A stretch of DNA of 64,000 nt from a virus. The first letter of the stretch is position 1; each line of letters begins with the position of its first letter. The stretch lies in IMG/VR virus record IMGVR_UViG_3300012815_000001; one strand, 5' to 3'. Of the stretch, positions 9,273 to 18,355 are shown one piece after another. Below the pieces are notes generated by a model. The model searched no databases, had not been told where the DNA came from, and saw only the letters and a list, made by a program, of their open reading frames with translations. The position numbers were made by a program, and so were the translations under genes.

Positions 9273-9836
9273 TCAATCTTTAGCAACACCAATTAGCAAG
9301 GTTAGATCGAATGCTAATCGTTGAAACCCTTCCTCTACCATTTTATGACCGCTGGTAAGCTCACGGTCGTAGGAAGTGTTATAGGCTATAAATCGACATT
9401 CATCCGTTTGGAAGCATTCAGAAAAATTAATCTCAAGATTATGCTTAACAAATTCAGTTTCATCTTTTGCCGTATTTTCTTCAATACTGCTAAACACATC
9501 GATCTGAGCCATTAGCTCAACGAAGGTAAATGAATGAGGTAGGCAGGACCGCTTCTGGCAAAGCTGAACCATTTTTTTCTGTGCTTTTTCAGTAAGCACC
9601 TCGCCTATATTGAAGAAATCTAATTTACCGAGACACTCATAGTGCATCATTGAGTGGTAGAGTTTTTCACTTTCGAGAGTTTCAATGTTCAGCGCGCGGA
9701 ATAACAGCGAACCATCAGGCTCCATGTGCGTATTATTGGTATTAATATAGACTGGATAGGTTGCAGACTTCACCATCAAAATATAGGCAAAATCCAAAGC
9801 GGCTTTTTCCACAGGTGAATTGAATTTAAGATTCAT
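9273..9836 (-). CDS. Hypothetical protein (187 aa)
   Basis: AT-rich ORF; no motif recognised. Confidence 0.65.
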   Translation of the reverse strand: MNLKFNSPVEKAALDFAYILMVKSATYPVYINTNNTHMEPDGSLLFRALNIETLESEKLYHSMMHYECLGKLDFFNIGEVLTEKAQKKMVQLCQKRSCLPHSFTFVELMAQIDVFSSIEENTAKDETEFVKHNLEINFSECFQTDECRFIAYNTSYDRELTSGHKMVEEGFQRLAFDLTLLIGVAKD

Positions 9837-9908
9837 CTGAAAATTCCCTTTATGCTTGAATCACCTAGGGTTCACTGTTTTCTGCTACACAGCCCTGTCT
9901 CTACTTGT

Positions 9909-10601
9909 TCATGTAATCGACTTAATCAGATATTCGCCTTTATTCTTAACATTGCCAACGTCTTTTGAGACGGGATACCACTCAAAATCTTCTGCAGGTT
10001 GCCCAAGGTCTCTGGCAATTTCCTTGGCCCGTTCCTTCGTCAATTCAGGGGAAAGCCATTCCCGTGCGAGCTCGGGAGAAAGAACCACTGGCCTACGGTC
10101 ATGAACGTCTACCATGCCCCCGGCTGCATCAGCAGTGATGATCAAAAAGCCCGGTGGCTCATCTGGTGACGGACCTGGCTCTACCTGGGCGAGTCCAGCA
10201 AAGAACATCGGCTTTCGAGTCTTCAACCTAATGAAGAAGGGTTGCTTCTTCTCATCACCAGGTTCTTTGACCCATTCGTACCAGCCGTCAGCCATTACCA
10301 AGGCCCGGTGGTCAGGGAACAGATCCTTGTAGAACCTACCCTTCGCAATGGTCTCTATGCGTGCGTTTATCGGCTGCACAACCTTCGGCTTCGGCCAAGA
10401 CACCTCACGCTTCCAACCCCAATGCACGGGCGAGATCTGCGGGCCTTCGGGCTCGGCATGAATGACAGGAACGTCAGTACTGGGAGCGATGTTGTAGCGG
10501 CCTATGGGCGTCTTATCCACCTTGGCGAACAGATCACCTTGGGGGTCGAGTTCCTGCACATACTCATCAAGGCTTCTGAACATTACGAATCGACCACACA
10601 T
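9909..10601 (-). CDS. SOS response-associated peptidase (SRAP/YedK/HMCES family)
   Basis: N-terminal MCGRF with catalytic Cys2, RYNIAPS, INARIET, GWYEW, IHDRRPV-like motif (VHDRRPV). Confidence 0.95.
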   Translation of the reverse strand: MCGRFVMFRSLDEYVQELDPQGDLFAKVDKTPIGRYNIAPSTDVPVIHAEPEGPQISPVHWGWKREVSWPKPKVVQPINARIETIAKGRFYKDLFPDHRALVMADGWYEWVKEPGDEKKQPFFIRLKTRKPMFFAGLAQVEPGPSPDEPPGFLIITADAAGGMVDVHDRRPVVLSPELAREWLSPELTKERAKEIARDLGQPAEDFEWYPVSKDVGNVKNKGEYLIKSIT

Positions 10602-10617
10602 AAACCTTCTCCTTCAA

Positions 10618-10869
10618 TCACAGCTTGGGAATCTCGCCTGTTGCTTCAGCAATCGTTGCTAGGGTTTCTTCCATCTCCCCTATCTGGTCTTGAAGCTTCA
10701 TGAATGACTGGTGAATTGAGTCATCCACATCGACAGTCTGACTTCCCCGGAGAGCATCAACCTCGATTTCAGCAACAGATTCCAATTCAGCGACCGTTGC
10801 ACGTAACACCCGAAGCTGATCGAAGATCCCAACGAGAAGTGTCTTACTGTCCTTGCTCATCAGTCCCAC
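10618..10869 (-). CDS. Small coiled-coil hypothetical protein
   Basis: 83-aa ORF directly upstream of SRAP on the same strand. Confidence 0.7.
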   Translation of the reverse strand: MGLMSKDSKTLLVGIFDQLRVLRATVAELESVAEIEVDALRGSQTVDVDDSIHQSFMKLQDQIGEMEETLATIAEATGEIPKL

Positions 10870-11399
10870 CCAAGCTTTTTGATCTCTCGCCGGTACGGTG
10901 TATCGATTTGTTCTGGCACGTTCTCCATGTACGCCTTGGCGTGTTCCAACGTCTTCCCGTCCAGGGAGATCAGGTACGAAAGCACATCATCGAGAGAGGG
11001 AATCAAGCCTTCAACATCTTCAAATCGTGGAGGCAGGTCAGTCCAGATGATCGCATCCAACTGACGGTCAGCAGCCCACTTTCCAAGGACTCCGACGGTG
11101 GAGCTAGTGATAGTGAACACACCAACACCATCAGCTCTGTCATCAGGAATTTGCTCACGCTCACGAAGGGCCTGCACAGCCTCATCGAGCGACTTCACGT
11201 CTAGCACTGCCCATAACACCTGACACGGTGGAGCGTTGAGGCATATCGCCGTTGCAAGCTCCCCACCATCCCCAACCCGTGAAAACTCGATAGGCAGTTC
11301 AGGCCCGTCACTGAACCAGTCTGAAGCTAGAGGCAACGCACCAGGCTTCCATATCAGCGATCCCCATCCAAGGCATGCAATTTTCAAGTCTCGATCCAT
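10860..11399 (-). CDS. Gamma-glutamylcyclotransferase-like (ChaC/AIG2 fold) protein
   Basis: IACLGWGSLIW resembles the (F)GYGSL(I)W signature; likely start ATG 11399. Confidence 0.6.
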   Translation of the reverse strand: MDRDLKIACLGWGSLIWKPGALPLASDWFSDGPELPIEFSRVGDGGELATAICLNAPPCQVLWAVLDVKSLDEAVQALREREQIPDDRADGVGVFTITSSTVGVLGKWAADRQLDAIIWTDLPPRFEDVEGLIPSLDDVLSYLISLDGKTLEHAKAYMENVPEQIDTPYRREIKKLGWD

Positions 11400-11471
11400 C
11401 CATTTAATCGTAGGTAGAAATTTGGATACCTCCAATAGAGAGAAATTCATAAAAAGTTTTGGACTACAAAA

Positions 11472-12620
11472 CTAATATTTGGGTTGAGCTGGCATTTCCC
11501 AGGAAGCGTTAACCCGCCCTTCTCCTAGGATGACTGCAAGTTCTTTTAACTCTGATTCGGAAACTGGCAATAACTTTTGGTGAAGGCCAATCATCTGCTG
11601 ACCAGGGCTTGATGGATCTGCAAAGGTAAGCCCCATCCAAAAGAAGGCTAAATTTTTATCGCGAGTGACAAGAGTGACCTTTAGCTCTGGGGCTTGTGTC
11701 TGGAGAACGTTAGTAAGCATAATCAAAAAAAGATCATACATAGAATTGTATGCATCTTCTTCCGTGTAAATCGCTTTAGGCTTGATTAGCTTTTGAGCCG
11801 GATTGAAACCTTGTTCAGCAGAAGTAGCACTTAAACAGGCAATAAATACAATATGACTTACAGGAATATTTTCAGCCCTAGCTATTTGAGCCATGGCTTT
11901 CCACCTATCGACTCGTTTATTACGTGCTGGTGAATTAATCACAAATGGAGCTAATTTCACGAGAAGACGCACACCCTGCGTAAAATACTCACGAAACTTA
12001 TCTGCCAATTCCAGAAAATGTTCTAGATCCGAATCAGATTCGGGCCAGGTTTTAACGTGGGGCAAAGCTTTCGATAAGGTCTTTAAAGCTGCACGATGTT
12101 GTTCAATAATTTTTTCTGCGGAAGGAATTTTTCGCTCGTTACTTTCCAGCGCATAAGATAATGTGTGAAGAGTACATGAACAGCTCTTATCACAGATATA
12201 GTCCAAAAAATCGTTAGGCATCGCTCCCGATGAAATTTCTCCATTCGAAAATCTAGCCTGGATTTCAGATACTAGATTCCTATCGGCAATAATATTACCC
12301 TTGGAAAAGGCATAAAATATAGGCACCCATCCGCCTTTAACCAATGTAAAACATGAGTTCTTTAAGGTTGGATCAACTGAAAACCCAAGCTTAAACCCCT
12401 GACCAACAGGGGGAAACTTTGTATCCCAATCTGGCTTATCTGCAACAATACCGTGAATTTTTATCTTCAAATCATTTGAGTTAGAAAATTCAAGCCAGTT
12501 ATCCAATGTTAACGGCAAGGCTTGAACATCCTTAATAAATACAAATCCCTGAATACCGGTTTTCTCACATTGGACTGGGATTTTCATATTAAGCTGAGTA
12601 TCCAGAGTGGCGTTATGCAT
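11472..12620 (-). CDS. Putative PIN-like nuclease domain protein
   Basis: Acidic motifs in PIN order: IIADRN, YALES, MYDL, LVTRDKNL. Confidence 0.55.
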   Translation of the reverse strand: MHNATLDTQLNMKIPVQCEKTGIQGFVFIKDVQALPLTLDNWLEFSNSNDLKIKIHGIVADKPDWDTKFPPVGQGFKLGFSVDPTLKNSCFTLVKGGWVPIFYAFSKGNIIADRNLVSEIQARFSNGEISSGAMPNDFLDYICDKSCSCTLHTLSYALESNERKIPSAEKIIEQHRAALKTLSKALPHVKTWPESDSDLEHFLELADKFREYFTQGVRLLVKLAPFVINSPARNKRVDRWKAMAQIARAENIPVSHIVFIACLSATSAEQGFNPAQKLIKPKAIYTEEDAYNSMYDLFLIMLTNVLQTQAPELKVTLVTRDKNLAFFWMGLTFADPSSPGQQMIGLHQKLLPVSESELKELAVILGEGRVNASWEMPAQPKY

Positions 12621-12786
12621 TCCTATCCCTTTAGACGTTGTGTCTGTAGGTCGATAGTAGCCTAGCGGTTAAGTTTTTAGAAGGCAAAACCGTCTTGCTT
12701 AAAATCCATATAGCAGTTGGGACCATCCAGGAATAAGGCACCTACCCGCGTAGCGCTGACCCTACTAAATCAAAGGATAAACCAAC

Positions 12787-12816
12787 AATGTAAAGCTCTC
12801 TTGAGGGCTTTACATT
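12787..12816. terminator. Hairpin / probable terminator
   Basis: AATGTAAAGC...GCTTTACATT perfect 10-bp arms downstream of 12839..13255. Confidence 0.55.
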
Positions 12817-12838
12817 AACCAAAAAATAACAGCGCTTG

Positions 12839-13255
12839 TTAGCTATTTGTTTTTGCATCATGGGATTTATCATTTTTACCTTTAAAAAAAAGAGTATGGT
12901 TATTTGACTTTAAGGCTGCTTTGTAGATTCTATTGAAAGCTATAAAAATCTTCTCAAATTCTAAATCCTGAACTTTACGACGAAAGCATTTTTTAAAAAT
13001 ATCATTACATAGATACCTTGCTTGAACATCGCAGCAGTCGTTATCACATCTTAAACATTCATTCCACGTAGCGAACATTAATCTCGAAATTATTTCGTAG
13101 ACCGGCTTGCGTTTAGGATGAATCATGAAACCTGAAGTCCTATTATTGAACCCGGCGAACATTGGAAACGATGACTTATGCGTTTTTAATTCTGCTTCAC
13201 ATTCCTCCCTGCTCATAAAATCGAACAACACTGCATAACCGTCTCTAGTAACCAT
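12839..13255 (-). CDS. Hypothetical protein (138 aa)
   Basis: ORF with RBS GGAGG; contains CLRCDNDCC. Confidence 0.65.
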   Translation of the reverse strand: MVTRDGYAVLFDFMSREECEAELKTHKSSFPMFAGFNNRTSGFMIHPKRKPVYEIISRLMFATWNECLRCDNDCCDVQARYLCNDIFKKCFRRKVQDLEFEKIFIAFNRIYKAALKSNNHTLFFKGKNDKSHDAKTNS

Positions 13256-13295
13256 TTGGGAACCCTCCTATTCAGATATATTAATACAACAGCGA

Positions 13296-14300
13296 TCATT
13301 TATTCTTGTGCAACACATGTAGGTATTCAGTCACGTAAATTTCATTTGCAGCTTCTTTACGTGATTTGAATTTCTTGTATTGCATTTCTTTTCTTTCGTA
13401 TGTGCCAAAGCAGCTCATCACATCGACAATCAGATCCACCGGCATGATGCTTTCGTTTGAATAGCTCATGACCAGGTATTCAAAATTGGCAGAATCAACA
13501 AGCTGCCTGAATTCGGCTTCAACCTTCGGCCTGCTAGCCCATGGAGAGACGTTCCGGCCTTCAGGCCGACCGCTGATCCCGTGGATCGTGGGTCGCTCGT
13601 TCTGCGCAATGGTGTTCAGAACGTGATATGCGTTGCTGTACTGCATCGACGTGTAAGGTGGGTCGAGGTAGAGAACGTCACCACTAACGCGCTTCAACAG
13701 CTCGTTAGCGTCTCCCAGGTACACCTCATTGCTTGCCACGGATTCCTTGAGGTCGAACCCTCTGAAATCGATGGGCTTGAGCGAAGCACCAGTGAATTTC
13801 TTTAGAAACGATGAGTACAGTCCGGTCGTGTTGCTCACCCTGTCAGCAGCCTCCAGGACAGAGCAGAGGCAGTAGTAGAACTGCCCATCAGTCAGCTCCC
13901 CATTGCCATACAGCTCGTACACAAGCGCAACCCCAGCATCGATCTTCATGGAGTTGCCATTAGTGAAGAAGGTACGGCCACCAGCTTCGCTATAATTCTG
14001 AAAAATGAAGCCTTCAACACCATCCATGCCGTGGTTCATGTAGTCGATGATCGGCTGACATTCGTAGACGGTCGAAGGGTCATTGTTCAGCAGATTTTCA
14101 AGCGTCGCATAGGAGTAGTACTCCAGGTCATTAGCTACCACCTTGAAACGATTTTTGAAGTGATTCGCTACCCTGCCCGACCCGCTGAACAGGTCACACA
14201 GAACAATCTCATTTGATGGCTTTGAAATTGTAGAAACGCAATCACTGACTACAGAATCAATGAAGCCAAGCAGTTTGGCTTTTGAGCCCAAATATTTCAC
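13296..14300 (-). CDS. N6-adenine DNA methyltransferase (Dam/D12 class), orphan
   Basis: KYLGSKAKLL, DLFSGSG (SAM binding), NDLEY, LYLDPPY (catalytic); GTG start. Confidence 0.9.
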   Translation of the reverse strand: MKYLGSKAKLLGFIDSVVSDCVSTISKPSNEIVLCDLFSGSGRVANHFKNRFKVVANDLEYYSYATLENLLNNDPSTVYECQPIIDYMNHGMDGVEGFIFQNYSEAGGRTFFTNGNSMKIDAGVALVYELYGNGELTDGQFYYCLCSVLEAADRVSNTTGLYSSFLKKFTGASLKPIDFRGFDLKESVASNEVYLGDANELLKRVSGDVLYLDPPYTSMQYSNAYHVLNTIAQNERPTIHGISGRPEGRNVSPWASRPKVEAEFRQLVDSANFEYLVMSYSNESIMPVDLIVDVMSCFGTYERKEMQYKKFKSRKEAANEIYVTEYLHVLHKNK

Positions 14301-14443
14301 ACGCGCACAGAGCGATGCACGGATTCAGAATGAACCAGCGGAAAAGACTTTAACTTTTCGGGCTTGCACTGCTGAACTCAATCAGCCTTTAGAAATAGAG
14401 CTATTTCAGGTAGTGCAAATGAGTTGTACTTTTTCGATTAACG

Positions 14444-15010
14444 TTAGGAAACCTTGAAACGTGGACGCAGCTCCTCTAGCGAAACACCGTAATGAACCTT
14501 TACATAGGTATTTCCTATTTTTACAAATCCACGTTTTTCAAGGTTGGGCTCTTTCGAATAACCCCATAAATATTTGGCTTCATTTTTTATGTGTTTTTTC
14601 CATTTTCCACCATCATCACTCCACACATGGCATTCACAACCAATGCCTTGAAAGCGGGGATCTTTCACGAAACGAACCGCCTCAATAAGCATTTCACAAC
14701 ATGAACGAACACTGAATGTAAGATGAGAGTACTTATTCATCAGTGCAAAGCATACTTGGTGAGGTGTACCGCTATTAGTATCAAACCGAAAAACAATCTT
14801 AGTTGAACTCATGTGACACAGTTGAAAATTGAATGCTTCACTTTCGCTTCCCCAGACGGTATCCATGTCTTGACCATTCATGGGAAGAATCTTGTCCATA
14901 TCGAAATATTGACGTTCAGTTGCACCATCGCCTAAAACCTCGAATATAAACTTCTTAATTTCTTGCTCTGCACCTTTTACTTCATATTCTGTGCGGTATA
15001 CGTTAGCCAT
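14444..15010 (-). CDS. DUF1281/Api92-like ferredoxin-fold protein
   Basis: EVKGAEQEIKKF...FDMDKILP...WGS...FRFDTNSGTP...KYSHLTF layout resembles this plasmid/ICE family. Confidence 0.5.
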   Translation of the reverse strand: MANVYRTEYEVKGAEQEIKKFIFEVLGDGATERQYFDMDKILPMNGQDMDTVWGSESEAFNFQLCHMSSTKIVFRFDTNSGTPHQVCFALMNKYSHLTFSVRSCCEMLIEAVRFVKDPRFQGIGCECHVWSDDGGKWKKHIKNEAKYLWGYSKEPNLEKRGFVKIGNTYVKVHYGVSLEELRPRFKVS

Positions 15011-15588
15011 TGTGTTTACCTCATATTTTCGAATCCCCGTGATTCGATGAAGCGAACTTTAATGATTTTAAAAACATTGTCAAACAACCAAAATTAAGAA
15101 AAAACAGATTTTTATTTAGCCAATAAATATTAAATCCAAAATGATGATTTTGATAAATAACACATAGAGGCTCACACATCGCTGTAGCTCCTAGTTTCTC
15201 GGGGCTAGAGGACATTTAGAAAAAGGAAATGACTTTTTTGGAAAAAAATAAAAATCGGTTTTTTAGGGAAACGCTGTTCTCCCCTACCGTTTCTGATAGT
15301 CAAACTCGATCAGGTGCAAGAAAGTCGATTAAAACGATTTTGAAAAAATATGTGGATCACAGCTTGAGAACCGAAAACAAAGCAACCTAACAACGTCTGA
15401 TCTTTCTCACAGCTCACCAGAAGCTTGCTTATCTCCCCGGCACAGTAGGCCACAAGCTATCCAATGTGATGGGGTAGGAAGCAGAGCGAGAGCTACACAC
15501 TGCCTAGCCAAGGTCGATGGAAGATCCACCTGGTGCATGGGAAATGGGTAAAAAAGACAATCGGCTTATCATCCGAAATCACGAAGCC

Positions 15589-15601
15589 AAATGGTATAAT
15601 T
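15589..15601 (+). promoter_or_regulatory. Extended -10 promoter AAATGGTATAATT
   Basis: Exact motif copy upstream of ATG 15624. Confidence 0.75.
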
Positions 15602-15623
15602 TAGAAAACAAAACCTATTCCCA

Positions 15624-18296
15624 ATGCGTCAATTAGCTCTCGCTCTTCTTTTATTGCCATTTCTGTATATGTCACAAGCATCTGCAGCAGAATGTGGGTT
15701 CAAATCAGATAACAAAACAGTAGATCCTAATTCATCAACGCTTTGCCCTGAAAACATCGCCATGAAGCTAATGAGCAGTTCAGTGGGCGAAGGGGTTCTT
15801 CTTCTGAGCAATGATCAAGACGCCCAATACGCAAAGATTCAAGAAACAAAAACGGATTCACAGTTACGTTTTGATGAAGCGAACCAAGATCATTTTATAA
15901 GAGACAAGCAATACACAAGGGATTTAGCTTCCTACCTAATAATTGCCATATTTATTATAATATGGTTAATCATGGCGTTCAAAGCTTGGAAAACGGGTGA
16001 ATTTCATGATTCAAAGAATGAACATGGAGAACAGGTAAAAGCCAGATATAGCTTCTTGAATAACCTATTCATAGCAATAGCGGCGGTAGGGATATTTGGG
16101 TTAGGAATGGTCGGACAGAAAAACTCTTTATCCATAGCAGATGCAGTAATCATAAGGCTTGACGTAACATCCGAAATCGCAAAGCAGAAATTCATACAAA
16201 TGGTAAGTTGGGTTAGACAGAAGGGATATTTGGAAACAACGGTTAAAGACTCTGAAACAGGCGTAATAGATGATGTGACAAAGGGACAAGCCGCTTTTAC
16301 GGCTTCGGCATTGTCGAACCAATTAATTTCAAAAGCCATTGTCGCGAGGCTTTCAAGTCAACTTTACAACGACATTTTCAATAAGAGTGATTCTTCGAAT
16401 TGGGTTGTATCGAATTCGCTATCAGACATCTCAAAACAGGAAAACAATACCTTCACATTTAAGAGGTTTAGCGAAAACGGAGAGCTACTGTTTAAGCTTG
16501 ACCCTGTTACGGTATTCAAATCAGAGCTTGATGCAGGTACGGCAACACCTTATTTGAAGGAAATTAGATACAACGAAAGGTTTAGGGACGAAGCTGACAT
16601 TCGCACAGTAGAAGCAACTGCAAATCAGTTAAGAAATGAACTGCGTAACGGCCCTTTTGAAAACAAGAAAGCTGAATACGAAGACATAAAAAACAACGTA
16701 ATGGTGATGTTCTATAAGGATACGAGAGCAAACACTTACCTCAAAGAATTACCAAACGATTTTAAGCTAGCAGACGATGTTGCTGTGACAGTCTTGAATC
16801 TGGTATGTGCAGAAAATAAACAACTGCGCCTTTCAGCAAAAACCTACATAGATGCACATAAAGGCATTGGGGCAAGAGGCACGGGCTCAATTGAATGCGT
16901 GGGAAACGACTGGCAAGTGATGGGCGAAGACCCAATAGCGAGTTACAAAACAAAGCTCTACGAAACAAGAAAGAAACTGGAAGATACTTATCGTGACAGA
17001 ATTTTAGCCTTCAACGATGCGTTCAGCACAGCTTTGGAAAGTCCTTCGATCCTGGACCAGTTGAAAAAAATGATTAGAGAGGGTGAGCTAAATTTCTATT
17101 TCAACTACCAGAATCTTGTTGAAGAGACTACTTTCACGAGCATCAATCAAAATCTATTCAACACCAAAGTCTTGCAAATTTCAGAAAGAAAGGCAGTGGA
17201 TTTCTTCATAGATGACGAATGGGCAAGAGCGCACGGATATGAAGCTGACTATAATAACCGCGTCAACATCAGCCAATACGTCAGAAATTACTTCTTAAAG
17301 ACTGACCGTGCAACATTGCCAACTATCACTGATGCAGAAGCTATTACTCAGAAGCTGATCTTCGAGAATGGTACGTCTGCTGGAATGCACAATGACTTTG
17401 AACAGGGCGCAGGAATAGGCTTTGAATTGCCTTCTACTGCCTTAAAACGCTGCAAGCTTTCAGTTACCCACCCAATCAAATGTTATCAATTGTACGCTAC
17501 CAGCTTAAGCAATACGGCTAGCGATTTGAGAGCGTTCGGATTGACCCTAGCAATTTCAGGGCAAATTGCTAACGATTATGCCAAGTCAAAAATTGAAATG
17601 CCTAAAACCGATAGCGCAGCTAACATTGGAAAGCCGAATAAAATCCAAGCTGGAAGCTCATTAGCACAGACAGTAACTTTCATAGCAGCAGGTATTGGCT
17701 CAAGCATTGTGTCTTTGAGTCTGACACTTGACATGATTAGTAACGGTTACAGATTTTTGCTTATCTCGGTAACTATATTGCCGTTCTACACAATGGCGGT
17801 CACACAAAAATATTTTGTAATAGCACTCATCAAATTCTCCCCATTTTTCCTATTCGCTTTCGTGAGACTGAATGATGGTGACAATTTCGCCGCAATGCGC
17901 AGGAATATTTTTGCGTTTGCAGTGAGCATTACAGTTTTCCCAATGCTACCTCTAATTGGATATACGATTAATTGGGAGGTAATCAGGATCGTTTTAGTAT
18001 TCACAGATGCATCATTCTATTACGAAAGAGGCGGTATCTTTGACAACATTGTTGGATTCTTTATTGAGTGTATAAGACCATTCATCGTAACATTGGTTTC
18101 GACAAGCATTTGCCTGCACTTTATGCAAAACACCCTTAAATTACTCAAAGGACACATGATGTTTGCAGAAGCGGGAATTAAGGTTATAGGTTGGATGATG
18201 ACTATCGTAAACGTTTTATCGATGGGCTCATTTGGTATGATTAGAAGTTTAAGCACAGGCTTTATTTCTTCTTTAACATCTTACAAACGAAGGTAA
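15624..18296 (+). CDS. Large inner-membrane protein, DotA/TraY-like topology (890 aa)
   Basis: Signal peptide, N-terminal TM segments, long Cys-containing hydrophilic loop, C-terminal TM cluster. Confidence 0.55.
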   Translation: MRQLALALLLLPFLYMSQASAAECGFKSDNKTVDPNSSTLCPENIAMKLMSSSVGEGVLLLSNDQDAQYAKIQETKTDSQLRFDEANQDHFIRDKQYTRDLASYLIIAIFIIIWLIMAFKAWKTGEFHDSKNEHGEQVKARYSFLNNLFIAIAAVGIFGLGMVGQKNSLSIADAVIIRLDVTSEIAKQKFIQMVSWVRQKGYLETTVKDSETGVIDDVTKGQAAFTASALSNQLISKAIVARLSSQLYNDIFNKSDSSNWVVSNSLSDISKQENNTFTFKRFSENGELLFKLDPVTVFKSELDAGTATPYLKEIRYNERFRDEADIRTVEATANQLRNELRNGPFENKKAEYEDIKNNVMVMFYKDTRANTYLKELPNDFKLADDVAVTVLNLVCAENKQLRLSAKTYIDAHKGIGARGTGSIECVGNDWQVMGEDPIASYKTKLYETRKKLEDTYRDRILAFNDAFSTALESPSILDQLKKMIREGELNFYFNYQNLVEETTFTSINQNLFNTKVLQISERKAVDFFIDDEWARAHGYEADYNNRVNISQYVRNYFLKTDRATLPTITDAEAITQKLIFENGTSAGMHNDFEQGAGIGFELPSTALKRCKLSVTHPIKCYQLYATSLSNTASDLRAFGLTLAISGQIANDYAKSKIEMPKTDSAANIGKPNKIQAGSSLAQTVTFIAAGIGSSIVSLSLTLDMISNGYRFLLISVTILPFYTMAVTQKYFVIALIKFSPFFLFAFVRLNDGDNFAAMRRNIFAFAVSITVFPMLPLIGYTINWEVIRIVLVFTDASFYYERGGIFDNIVGFFIECIRPFIVTLVSTSICLHFMQNTLKLLKGHMMFAEAGIKVIGWMMTIVNVLSMGSFGMIRSLSTGFISSLTSYKRR

Positions 18297-18312
18297 TTAC
18301 GCATCATTAAGA

Positions 18313-18349
18313 AGGGCTTGAAATGGTATAATACTTTAAAACAAGCCCT
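18313..18349 (+). promoter_or_regulatory. Extended -10 promoter enclosed in an inverted repeat
   Basis: AGGGCTTG-aaatggtataatactttaaaa-CAAGCCCT, upstream of ATG 18356. Confidence 0.7.
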
Positions 18350-18355
18350 CCTTTA

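Noticed and set aside
9875-9893. LexA box near the SRAP gene
   Set aside because: CTGT and ACAG are 10 nt apart rather than 8, and the site is downstream of the gene.
12839-14300. Complete restriction-modification system
   Set aside because: No adjacent ORF shows a PD-(D/E)xK, HNH or GIY-YIG motif that I can identify.
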